This document shows, in pieces, positions 51,544-61,786 of a stretch of 64,000 nt of DNA. Within the stretch, counting starts at the first letter, position 1. The number at the start of each line of letters is the position of its first letter. A model generated the notes under the pieces. The model was given only the letters and a program-made list of their open reading frames with translations, was not told the DNA's origin and did not search any database. Position numbers and translations under genes: made by a program. Origin of the DNA: an uncultured delta proteobacterium. Its GTDB lineage: Bacteria > Desulfobacterota > Desulfobacteria > Desulfobacterales > SpSt-501. Where the stretch lies: the NCBI GenBank assembly GCA_963716785.1, contig CAVQUW010000005.1:1699-65698 (forward strand). Reading direction: 5' to 3'.

Positions 51544-51683
51544 GCCGGCCTTTTAAACCACCCCCGGCCCGCTTTCAAGTGGTAATTCGCGACCGCCGCG
51601 GTGTCTGTGTTGACGGATCCGGCGCGGGAGCATATATAGGCAGCCACCGCCGACTTCACCACCAGCCGGGAGCGACACAGCCC

Positions 51684-52473
51684 ATGATCGATCTGAAGCG
51701 CCGCGTCCAAGTCAATGTCCCCTTCACCATGCTCTGGGACACGTATCTGCCGCACTGCACCCGCAACCTGCTGAACCCGGAAATCGGCATCGACGCCGAG
51801 GCGCTCGACCGCTTTAGCCTCGAGGACTTCAGCGCCGTCGCCGCAACGCTCAAAGGCCACGCCCTGACCGTCACGTTCCACGCCCCGTTCGTCGGCCTCT
51901 GCCCCGGCTCCACCGACCCGGCCGTGCGGGCCGTGGCGCGGCGGCGCTTCGAGCAGATGCTGCGCCTGGTGCCGATCTTCAAACCGGTCACCGTCGTCGC
52001 GCATGCCGGCTACGACTGGCGGCGCCACGAGTACTTCCGCAAGGCCTGGGTCGACAACAGCCTCGAGTTCTGGTCCTGGGTGGCCGATGCTCTGGACGCG
52101 CGAGGGGGCGCGTCTGATGCTGGAGAACGTGTACGAGGAGCACCCTTCCGAAATGCAGGTGCTCTTCGAACGGCTGCGCCCACAGCGGGTCGGGCTGTGC
52201 CTGGACTGCGGGCATCTGACGGCCTTCGGCCGCGCGCCGCTCTCCGCGTGGCTCGAGACCCTGGGCGGCTTCATCGGCCACCTTCACCTGCACGACAACC
52301 AGGGCCGCAAGGACGACCACCTCGCGCTCGGCAAGGGCCGGATCGATTTCGCGCAGCTGTTTGCCTTCCTCGGGTCTCAGCGCGCGACACCGCCGGTCCT
52401 CACCCTGGAAATCCATCAGGCCGAGGACCTGGAGCCCAGCCTGGCGCACCTCGAGCGTCTCTGGCCCTGGTAG
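51684..52473 (+). pseudogene. Sugar-phosphate isomerase/epimerase (xylose-isomerase-like TIM barrel); frame broken in the G5 run 52103-52107
   Basis: Frame 1: MIDLKRRVQVNVPF...TFHAPF...VVAHAGY...WVADALDARG. Frame 2: ARLMLENVYEE...LCLDCGHL...HLHLHDNQGRKDDHLALGKGRIDF. Confidence 0.75.
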
Positions 52474-52544
52474 GGAATCCCGGAGCGCCCGCATGCACCT
52501 GCCATTTTGAAGACCGCTGCCGGCCGGCGAATCGCATTGAAGGC

Positions 52545-52706
52545 TCAGTCATCGTAGAGGTGGTAATCCGGGTAGTGCTTTTTGGCGCACTCGGGACAGA
52601 TGCCGTGGCTGAACTCGGCCTCGGAATGAGCCCTGATGCAGGACTCGATCCGGCTCCAGTAGCCCTGGTCGTCGCGCACATTCTTGCAGACGACTTCGCT
52701 TCCCAT
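52545..52706 (-). CDS. Small Cys/His protein (53 aa) with a ...RDDQGYW...HSEAEFSHGICPEC... motif
   Basis: ATG 52706 lies 2 nt after the TGA of the upstream radical SAM gene (TGAGCATG). As I recall, the motif is found at the C-terminus of many signalling proteins in sulfate reducers. Confidence 0.55.
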   Translation of the reverse strand: MGSEVVCKNVRDDQGYWSRIESCIRAHSEAEFSHGICPECAKKHYPDYHLYDD

Positions 52707-52708
52707 GC

Positions 52709-54398
52709 TCAGCTCCCTCCGATCGCCCGGCGGCACGCCTGCGCCAGCTGCTCCGCCTGCGGCTCACCGGCGCAGCCGCGCAGGAGGTCCAGGGCCTTGC
52801 CGTGGCGCCCCAGGTTCATGTGGCTGACCGCGCTGCACAGATTTAGGGGACGTTCGTGCGGAAAGTGCTCGACTCCCTCGGCCAGGATTTGGATCGACTC
52901 CTCGAACCGCCCGGCGGCCTGCCGGAGCAGGCCGAGCCCCAGGTAGGCGCGGGCATGGGGGTGATGGCGCAGCGCCCGGCGGTAGAGCCCCTCGGCCAAT
53001 TGGATCTTGTCCGCGATGGCCTCGACCCGCGCGTAGTCGCCCTGGTGCAAGGTCATGGCCAGCCGCGAGAAGAAGTCCGCGTGCAGGGGCTGGAATTCCG
53101 GCGCCTCGATCGGCTCCAGGGCCGCGATGAAGCGTCCGAGGTTCGCGTAAAAGCTTTGCCTCAAAGTCCGGCCGAACTCCAGGATCATCTCAGCCGTGAG
53201 GCTCGGGTCGGTCTGAAAGTACATGATGTCCTCGACCCGCTCGAGCCAGATGTCGTCGTTGAGGTTGAGGCGTCGTTGCATGTCGGCGTACAATTTTGTA
53301 CCGGGAAAAAGGTCCAGAATGTAGAAAACGGCGCCGAGCGGCTTAATGGCCAGCATCAGGTCGACCGTTTCGCGGATGGTGGCGTGGCTCTCCCCGGGAC
53401 AGCCGTAGATGAAATAGGCGCGGGCCATGATCCCGTAACGCTGGGTCAGGGCAAAGGCCCGCCGGATCTGCTTCGTCCGTAATCCCCTTGTTCAGCCGCC
53501 GGCGGATTTCCGCCGAGCCGCTCTCCACCCCGTAGCTGATCTGGATGCATCCGGCCCGGCGCATCCACGAAAGCACCTCCTCGTCGACGGCGTCCACCCT
53601 CGAGATGGCGGTCCAGGAGACGTCGTCGAGCTTTTGGTCGACGATCCTCCGGCAGACCTCGACCGCGCGGCCCCGGTTAAGCGTGAAGGTGTCGTCGCTC
53701 ACGTGCACGAAGCGGCGGCCGCGGCGGCGCAGCGCCGCCAGCTGCGCCACGAAATAGCCGGCCGAGTGGCTCCGCACCCGCCGGCCCCAGAGGGCCGGGG
53801 AGCCGCAGAAGGCGCAGTCCGACACGCAGCCGCGGGTGAGCGCGAGGTGGTTCAGGTCGAAATGGCGGGCGGGCATGGGCAGCGCGTCCAGATCCGGGAT
53901 GAGACGCGGCGCGTCGGTTCTGACCGGCCGGCCGCCGCGGCGATGAGCGATGCCGGCGATGGTCTCGATCCCGGCACGGTCATCGGCCTCGATGCAGACG
54001 CTGAGATCCGCAAAGACGGTCTCGCCCTCCCCGAGGACGACATAGTCGATTTCCGGGAAGTGACCGAGCAGGTGGGACCACAGATGGGCCGCGCCGACCC
54101 CGCCGAACACCGTGGTGACCGCCGGGTCGACCCGCTTGGCGATCCGCGCAATGTCGATCCCGCCCCAGCGGTTGGCGTGCACGATGGAGAGCCCGACGAT
54201 CCGCGGCCGCGCGGCGCGCAGCTCGGACTCGATCGCCTCGGCGCCGTCCCGCCGGTCGTGCCAGTTGCAGACCGTGACCGCGTGCCCGCGCTCTTTGAGC
54301 GTCGCGGCGATGTAATAAAGACCGATCGGCGGGCTCTGGATGTCCTCAGCGTCCGGGCGCGGGTCGAGAAAATAGGGGTAGACGAGATAAATGCGCAT
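52709..54398 (-). pseudogene. B12-binding-domain radical SAM protein with C-terminal TPR-like region; frame broken at about 53474-53480
   Basis: GGAGG precedes ATG 54398. N-terminus: MRIYLVYPYF...PPIGLYYIAATLKERGH (B12-binding-like). The canonical cluster is RGCVSDCAFCG. After ...RRRLNKGIT the frame switches to TKQIRRAFALTQRYGIMARAYFIYGCPGES..., followed by TPR-like helices. Confidence 0.8.
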
Positions 54399-54729
54399 TG
54401 AGCCTCCGCCCCCCGGCCGGATGGAAGCAAGGGGCCCGCCGGTTGAAGGCACTGCCTCCCTCCAGGGGCCAAGGGCCCGAGGGGTCAAGGGTTAATGAAC
54501 ACCACTTCAGCTTATTTTCGATCCCTTGAACCGTTTCGGGAGCAAACCCGAACTGATGTCCGCGCCTGGAAGGCGAGGGGGTTTTCAGCCACACCCGAAA
54601 AGTGGGGCGATGACACGGCTTGAGAACTATATCCGTGGGGGGGGGCATTGTCAAAGAAGCCCCCTGGATTCGACCGGCCGGATTGACAGGGGCGCGGGAT
54701 TTGCGATTTAGACGGGACAGGTGATTGCG

Positions 54730-56354
54730 ATGATGAAAAACCCCAAAGCCTTCCGCGTCGAGCACGTCCTCTTCCATCTGGAAGGATCCTTGCTGGATTG
54801 CGACGAGGATGGGTTGAAGGCGGCGCTCGCCTGCCCGCCGGACAAACCCTTGTCCGCGTACATCCGGGGTCTGAGGGACCCCGCACGCCGCCACCGGGTG
54901 CTGACGACGCTGGACCATCTCGAGCGCCGGGCGGCCGGGGGCTGGCCGCCGCGCCCCGGCGCGAAAAACGCCCTGGCCGTCAGCCGGGCCCACCGCCTCG
55001 GCGTCGTCGTGTTCAGCCGGCACGGACGGGCGGCGGTGCTGCGGGCGTTGCGGCGGGCGCTGGGCTTGCGGACGCGGGACTTCGATCTGGTGTTGTGCCG
55101 GGAGGAGCTGCCGCGCCCGGCTCAGATGCGCCACCCGGTGCGGGCGGCGGCGCGGATTCTCGGCTGCCCGGCCGAGGCCATCCTCGCCGTCAGCTCCGAC
55201 GCCGGACTGATCGCCGCGGCGCGGGCCGACGGCGCCGTCACCGTCGCGGGTCGCACCGGGACCGGTCCCGGAGGCCCCGGTGGATTTCACCATCGGCGAC
55301 CTGCGGCGGCTCGACGCCATCCTCCGGGAGGGGACCCCGCTGCCCGCCGGAAAGATCCCCAACGGCATCCTAAAGGAATTGCTGGCCGACTTCGATTTCC
55401 AAGACCCTTCGCTGCTGATCACCCCGCGGGTCGGCGAGGACATTGCCGCGGTGGACGTCGCCTCCGAGGAGGTGCTGGTGCTCAAGTCCGACCCCATCAC
55501 CTTTGCCACCGACGCCATCGGCCAATACGCCGTCCTGGTCAATGCCAACGACATTGTCACTGCGGGCGCGCGGCCGCGATGGCTGCTGACCACCCTTCTC
55601 TTCCCCGTCGGCAGCACGGCCTCCATGGTGCGCCGCGTGATCGGGGAGCTCGACGCGTTTTGCCGCAAGTGGCGCATCACCCTGTGCGGCGGGCACACCG
55701 AGATCACCGACGCCGTCACGCGGCCGGTGGTCTGCGGGATGATGGCCGGCACGGTCCGCCGGTCGGAGCTGATCGACAAGGGCAACATGCGCACCGGGGA
55801 CCGCGTGTGGCTCACCAAGGCGGCGGCCGTCGAAGGGACCGCGATCATTGCCCGGGAGCTCGCCGACCGGCTCGTCGCCCGCGGGATGAGCACCGATGAA
55901 GTCGAAGCCTGCCGGCGGTTTCTAGACCGCATCAGCATCATACCGGAGGCGACCGTCGCGGCGCAATCAGGCGGAACCAGCGCCATGCACGACGTCACCG
56001 AGGGCGGCGTCGCCACGGCGCTGGAGGAGTTGGGTGCCGCCGGCGGGTTTGTGATCACCGTCCACTTGGACAAGATCCCCGTCTTTCCCGAAACGCGCCG
56101 GATCTGCCGTCTCCTGGGGGTTCACCCGCTCGGGCTGATCGGCTCGGGCAGCCTGCTGATCTGCTGCCGCAAGCCCGAATCGGACAAGCTTGAGGCCGCG
56201 TTGCAAAAGGCGGGGATCACGGCGACGTGCATCGGGGAGGTGGCGGAAAAGGGCTCCGGGGTCCGGGCGTTTCGCAAAGGGCACCCGGCCCGGTGGACTT
56301 CCTTTGTGGTCGATGAGACTCGCCCGGCTTTTTTCCCGTGGCCCGACCGATTGA
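54730..56354 (+). pseudogene. HAD-like domain fused to an AIR-synthase-related (PurM/HypE/ThiL superfamily) domain; about 2 frame breaks (about 55250-55282 and about 56318-56330)
   Basis: HAD-like part: VLFHLEGSLLD (degenerate DxDGTL)...VVVFSRH.... Its typical C-terminal end VDFTIGDLRRLDAIL is in the next frame and runs on into GKIPNGILKELL...GEDIAAVDV...ANDIVTAGARP...CGGHTE. The probable true end, DELARLFSRGPTD*, is at 56354 in a third frame. The end and fusion status are uncertain. Confidence 0.6.
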
Positions 56355-56389
56355 TCGGCCGGGCCGCGTGCCTGGTTCCGGCCGAGGGG

Positions 56390-57022
56390 TCACTTCACCT
56401 TCAGGCCGCGGAGGAACAGGTCAAAAGCCACCGCCAGGGTTTCCTTGAGATAGTCCTTGTCCTCGTTGATCAATTTTTTGCTGGTCAACCACAGGATGAC
56501 GCCGGAGAAGGTGCCCCAGAAGGTGTCCGCCAGCGCCACCGGGTGGTGATCGATGAAAATGCCTTCGTCGACGCCGGCCTTGAAGATCCGGGAGATCGAA
56601 TTCATGGATTTGCGTGACAGGTCCTTGATTTCAGCGAGCAGCTCCGGTGTCAGGTTTTTCAAGGTGTCGCTCGACTGCAGATGAAACATGTTGATGATGA
56701 TCAGCGGGTCGAATTCGTACACATCGTACATGGCCTCCATGAGGGCTTTGAGCCGCGCCTCGGGGTCCTGGTCCTTCACGTTGTTGACGTGTTCGATGCG
56801 CAGCAGCAGGTACTGGAGGATTCTCAGGGAAAGGGAAGCGTACAGCTCCTCCTTGTTCTTGAAATAGAGATAAAGGGTTCCGGGACTGAGCTCGGCCTCC
56901 TGGGCAATATCCTCCATGGTGGCCTTGTTGAACCCCTTTTCGGAAAAAACCCTTTTGGCGGCAACCATGATCTGCTGCCGTCGACGCTCTTTTTCCCTTT
57001 CCTTTCGCTCTTGGATGCCCAT
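56390..57022 (-). CDS. TetR/AcrR-family transcriptional regulator
   Basis: The start is taken as MGIQERKEREK at 57022. HTH: FSEKGFNKATMEDIAQEAELSPGTLYLYFKNKEELY. GC is lower than the surroundings. Confidence 0.9.
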   Translation of the reverse strand: MGIQERKEREKERRRQQIMVAAKRVFSEKGFNKATMEDIAQEAELSPGTLYLYFKNKEELYASLSLRILQYLLLRIEHVNNVKDQDPEARLKALMEAMYDVYEFDPLIIINMFHLQSSDTLKNLTPELLAEIKDLSRKSMNSISRIFKAGVDEGIFIDHHPVALADTFWGTFSGVILWLTSKKLINEDKDYLKETLAVAFDLFLRGLKVK

Positions 57023-57229
57023 CGACTGCTCCTGAATGACATTTAATTTCAAACTTCTTTTTAGTTACTATTTGTTGTTTGGTCAAGTAAAAGTCGAGAC
57101 CAGCGCCTGATCGACAATCGGGCCCGGCCCACCAAGATACTTTCTGAATCGGACATGTCAACCGGCATGCGGTTCGCGGAAGGGGCCCAACGGGGAGTGA
57201 CACCGCTTTTTCCACAGCAGAGGAGGAGC

Positions 57230-57724
57230 ATGCAGACCGAAAACGCCAAGAGGGCGCTGAGCCCGAGCGCCGCGAGAGTCCAGGCGGCGCTGACCCGCCT
57301 GGGGGTGGGATCCGAAGTCAAGGAAACGGCACGAACGACCCGCAGCGCCCGCGAGGCCGCGGAGGCCGTGGGGTGCGTGGTGGGTCAAATCGCCAAATCG
57401 CTGGTGTTCCGCACCGCAGGCACCGGCCGGCCGGTGCTGGTGATCGCCAGCGGGGCCAACCGCGTCAACGAGAAGGCCCTGAGCGGCCTGGTCGGGGAAC
57501 CCGTTGCCATGGCGGGGGCCGAATTCGTCCGCGAGGTCACGGGCTTTGCGATCGGCGGCGTCCCGCCCCTGGGCCACGCGCAACGGCTCGAGGTGTTCAT
57601 CGACGAAGACCTTTTTCTGTACCCGGAGATCTGGGCGGCCGCCGGCACCCCGCAAGCGGTGTTCCGCATCGCACCGCAGGAGCTGCAGCGCATCACGAAC
57701 GGCCGGGTGGTCCCGGTCGGGTGA
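57230..57724 (+). CDS. YbaK/EbsC-type aminoacyl-tRNA editing (deacylase) domain protein
   Basis: AGGAGGAG precedes ATG 57230. Contains ...IAKSLVF...VLVIASGANRVNEKAL...FAIGGVPPLGH.... Confidence 0.8.
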   Translation: MQTENAKRALSPSAARVQAALTRLGVGSEVKETARTTRSAREAAEAVGCVVGQIAKSLVFRTAGTGRPVLVIASGANRVNEKALSGLVGEPVAMAGAEFVREVTGFAIGGVPPLGHAQRLEVFIDEDLFLYPEIWAAAGTPQAVFRIAPQELQRITNGRVVPVG

Positions 57725-57732
57725 ACACCCGG

Positions 57733-59730
57733 CTACCCGAGGCCGAGCAGGACCAGGTCCTTGCGCGCGTCGACCTTTTGGATGACGACCTGGATCATGT
57801 CGTCGGGCCTGATTTCGAGGAAGCCCGTCATCGGCAGGTCGCACTCCAGCATGTACTCCGTCAACAGGACCTGGTAGCTTTTCCGCCGCCGCACGAGAAC
57901 GATGGCCTCTTCCTTCTGGCCGATCCGCTGCTCGAGATGTTTCAGCAGCCAATAACGCTGGCGGCCCGCCTGGAGCCTGGACACCTGGCTCATGGGCGGC
58001 TCCAGCACCTTCAACAGCCGGTCGATTTCCTCGGCCGGGTAAGGCTCCTCCAAACCGAGGATGGCCCGCACCTGCCGCTGGGTGACCAGGTCGAAGTATT
58101 TTCGGATCGGCGAGGTCGCGGTGACATAAGCTTCCAGCCCAAGGCCGGCGTGCTTGGCCGGGGAGTGGCCCAGGGCAAAGCGGTTCAGCAGCCGCCGCTG
58201 CATCCAGTGCTGGAACAGCGTGCCTTCCTCGCCCCGGTAGAGCCGCTCCCGCGGCTCGGGCTGTGAGCGAAAAACCGCCGGCATGGCGTTCTCGGTCAGA
58301 AACCGCGCGGTCAGCCAGTTGGCCAGGATCATGAGCTCAGACACCAGCATCCTGCCGGGGCTCTCGCGGTTGACCTTGTTCAGGTTGATGTCGCCGTTTT
58401 CGCTGACCCAGACGTTGATTTCGGGAACCGAGATGTGGACCGCACCGGCCCCCAGACGCGCGTCGCGGAATTTCTGGGCGATGCGGCGCAGGATCATTAT
58501 CTCTTCATTCTGGTCCGCGCTGAGATTGACGTCGAAATAGGTCAGCTGTTCCTTGACGCGCACGATGCTCGCAACGATGCGGTAGCAGATGACATTCAAA
58601 TCGGGGCTGAGATCCACCAGCGTGCTGATGGCCGGCCGAACCGCACCGACCTTGAGGCTGCAAAGGCCTTCGGCCAGCTCCGGGGGCAGCATCGGGATCT
58701 TGCGATCGGCCATGTAAATGGAACTGCCGCGGCGGCGTGCCTCCAGGTCGATCGGGTCCTCCTTGCGGACGACCTCGGCCACATCGACGATGTGGATCCC
58801 GAGACGAAACCCCTCGGGGATGCGCTCGAGGCTCAAAGCGTCGTCGAAATCCAGGGTCGATTGACCGTCGATGGTCACCAGACGCAGATCGGTCAGGTCC
58901 TTCCGGCGAGGGTCCCCGCCGCTGTCCGGCCGGGTTTGGATGGCTTTCGCGGCGTGTCGATGGACCTCCGGGGGGAACTCGACCCGGGTGCCGAACCGCA
59001 GCAGCTCGACGTTCTCGTCCGCGTCGAAAACACCGAGCGCGACGAGGACGGGAAAAAGGTCCTGCTGCCCGTCCAGACCCGCAAGCTCCAGCATGCCCTG
59101 GGCCAGGGAGTGGTCGGGGCTCTCCTTGTCGAAAAGGAAGTTGGATTTCAGTACCTCCAGAACCTCGCGGCGGCGGCCGTCGTCTTCATCGACCGCCGTC
59201 AGGCCGTTTTGGGCCTGAAACCGCCGCAGCCAGTGGCCGCCCCACTCGACGACCCTCTGCCGGCGGGCCTCCTCGTCCCGTTGGGCCTCCAGCCCCGCCA
59301 CCTGCTCTTCCGAGTTGGGGAAAAACCGGTCCGGGTTGAACCTGAAGTAGAGGCGGTCCTCGAAAAAGGCCCGAATGACCGCCGCCTCATGATCACCGTT
59401 GGCGTGATGCGGGAAACAGAAGCCGGTCATCGTTTTCAGGTCGATCCACTCCTGCTCGGTGTTCAGCACCTCCCAAAGCTCCCGGATGCAGACCTGCTCG
59501 ATGAGCGCCTTGCGTTTGGCAACCACCTCCTTGAGCAGATCGACCGTGCGCGACCGGCCCAGGGCCAGGTCCAGGCGCGAATGATCCCGGTGCAGCAATC
59601 GGCTGGAGCTGAGGCTCACCTCTTTGTTGTTTTCGGTGAGCAGCCGCAAGCGCTGATTCCCGACCTCGAGGACCACGGCGCACAAGATGCGCTGGCGGTC
59701 GATATATTCAACAATATTCCCAACTTCCAT
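57733..59730 (-). CDS. RNase II/R-family exoribonuclease (RNB domain)
   Basis: 665 aa. Contains LVTIDGQSTLDFDDALSLE...GIHIVDV...SSIYMADRKIPMLP...TSPIRKYFDLVTQRQ. Confidence 0.85.
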   Translation of the reverse strand: MEVGNIVEYIDRQRILCAVVLEVGNQRLRLLTENNKEVSLSSSRLLHRDHSRLDLALGRSRTVDLLKEVVAKRKALIEQVCIRELWEVLNTEQEWIDLKTMTGFCFPHHANGDHEAAVIRAFFEDRLYFRFNPDRFFPNSEEQVAGLEAQRDEEARRQRVVEWGGHWLRRFQAQNGLTAVDEDDGRRREVLEVLKSNFLFDKESPDHSLAQGMLELAGLDGQQDLFPVLVALGVFDADENVELLRFGTRVEFPPEVHRHAAKAIQTRPDSGGDPRRKDLTDLRLVTIDGQSTLDFDDALSLERIPEGFRLGIHIVDVAEVVRKEDPIDLEARRRGSSIYMADRKIPMLPPELAEGLCSLKVGAVRPAISTLVDLSPDLNVICYRIVASIVRVKEQLTYFDVNLSADQNEEIMILRRIAQKFRDARLGAGAVHISVPEINVWVSENGDINLNKVNRESPGRMLVSELMILANWLTARFLTENAMPAVFRSQPEPRERLYRGEEGTLFQHWMQRRLLNRFALGHSPAKHAGLGLEAYVTATSPIRKYFDLVTQRQVRAILGLEEPYPAEEIDRLLKVLEPPMSQVSRLQAGRQRYWLLKHLEQRIGQKEEAIVLVRRRKSYQVLLTEYMLECDLPMTGFLEIRPDDMIQVVIQKVDARKDLVLLGLG

Positions 59731-60026
59731 TCGGATACCATAGCAACGCGCTCGGCCAAAGTCAACGACTCATATCGGGCCCCGCCCCCCCCCCGTGGGC
59801 CGCCGGTCGGCGGAGGGGAAAAAGCGGGCGGCGGCCCCGGAGGCCCGCAAGACGGCAGCGTTGACCATCCCCCATTGCCCGCAGTGGGATCCTGTGTTAA
59901 CCAGTCACAAGGCTCGCGGCATGATGCCGCCCCCACGGCAAACAAACGCACGGGCGACAGGTTTCCCCGGAAGCCGGTTGTCGGCAACGCGTTTTTTTTG
60001 AATTCGAAATCGGCGGTCCGACCCCT

Positions 60027-61786
60027 ATGTCCCCCATCGCCCTCGTCATCCCCTATTTCAAGGAAAACCGGCCGAAAATCATCGCCGGCGTGTTCAGCCT
60101 GATCGTGGTGGACCTGCTGCAGCTCATCATCCCGCGTTTCATCAAACGGGCCGTGGACGACTTGACCACCCAGGGGGCCGCCGCCGAAAGCCTGGCGCTT
60201 TATGCGTGGGCCATCATCGGCCTGGCGGTGCTCATCGGCGGCTTCCGATATGTCTGGAGGCTTTGCCTCCTGGGGACTTCCCGTCGCGTCGAGGAGGGTC
60301 TTCGCGACCGCCTGTTCGCGCACCTCCAAAACCTCTCCGCCGCCTATTTCGACCGCACCCGCACCGGGGACCTCATGGCCCACGCCACCAACGACATTCA
60401 GCAGATCCGCATGGCCACCGGCATGGGCCTGGTGGCCCTGAACGACGCCGTGGTGATGGGGGCGGCCGCCATCGGGTTTATGGTCTACATCAACCTCACC
60501 CTGACCTTGCTGGTGCTCATCCCCATGCCGTTGATCGTTTTGGGGACCCGGTTTTTCAGCCGCAAGATGCACCACCGCTACCAGGCGGTCCAGGCGTCTT
60601 TCGCCGACCTCACCGAATCGGTGCGGGAGCGCATGGCCGGGATCCGGCTGATCAAGGCCCACAACCGCAAGACGGCCGAGGCGGCGCGCGTCGCGGCGGC
60701 GTCACGGGCCTACGTCGCGCGAAAACCTGAAGCTGGTGAAGATCACGGGGGTGTTCTTCCCGATGATGATGCTGTTCACCAACCTCAGCCTGGCCATCGT
60801 GCTCTTTTTCGGCGGCCGCCAGACCATCCTGATGACCATCACCCCGGGCGACTTCGCCGCCTTCATCAGCTACCTGGGTCTCTTGACCTGGCCGATGATG
60901 GCGCTCGGCTGGGTCACCAACCTGATCCAGCGCGGGCGGGCGTCGCTCGAGCGGGTCCGGACGATCCTGGCCACCCTTCCGGAGATCGGCAGCGCCCCGG
61001 ACGCCCTCAGACCGGCCGGAGTAAAGGGCGAGGTCCGCTTCGAGGGCGTCCGCTTCGCCTACCGGGCCGGGGAGACCGAGGAGGGAGCGGCGGCGTTGGA
61101 CGGAAATCGATCTGACGATCGCGCCGGGAACCGTGCTCGGCATCGTCGGCCCCCCGGGCAGCGGCAAGACCACCCTGATCAGCCTCATCCCCCGGCTCTA
61201 CGACCCCACGACCGGCCGTATCCTGCTGGACGGAACAGAGACCCGCCGCCTCGACCTGGAGTGGCTGCGATCGTCGATCGCCTTCACCCCCCAGGAACCG
61301 TTCCTGTTCGCCGGGACCATCCGGGACAACATCAGCTTCGGCGACCCCGCCGTAGACGATCAGCGCCTGGCCGCGGCCGCCGAGGCGGCCGCCCTGCACG
61401 ACACCGTGGCCGCCTTTCCGCACGGCTTCGATACGGTGGTGGGCGAAAAAGGGGTGATGCTCTCGGGCGGGCAGAAGCAGCGTGTGGCCCTGGCTCGCTG
61501 TTTACTCGTGAACGCCCCCCTGGTGATCCTGGACGACCCCATCAGCCAGGTGGACTTCGATACCGGCGCGCAGATCACACGGACCCTGCAGCGCCTGGCG
61601 CAGGACCGGACGATGATCATCGCCTCCCACCGCCTGTCGGCGCTCAGGTTCGCCGACCGCATCATCGTTCTCGACCGCGGCCGGGTGGCCGAATCCGGCC
61701 GGCACGCAGACCTGCTGGCCTCAGGCGGATACTACAGCCGGACGTATCGTCTGCAGGAGCTCGAAGAGGGGGTGCATGCGATCTGA
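60027..61786 (+). pseudogene. ABC exporter, fused permease and ATPase (MsbA/MdlB-like half-transporter 1); frame broken twice (60715-60721 and the A3 run 61104-61106)
   Basis: The TMD runs over frames 1 and 2 (...SRAYVA | RENLKLVKITGVFFPMMM...). The NBD is in frame 3 (IDLTIAPGTVLGIVGPPGSGKTT...LSGGQKQRVALAR...LILDDP). Confidence 0.85.

Noticed and set aside
57053-57229. A TetR operator in the AT-rich TetR/ybaK divergent region (TGGTC-N13-GACCA).
   Set aside because: The arms are only 5 bp, which is expected by chance in about 180 bp. It cannot be supported without comparative data.
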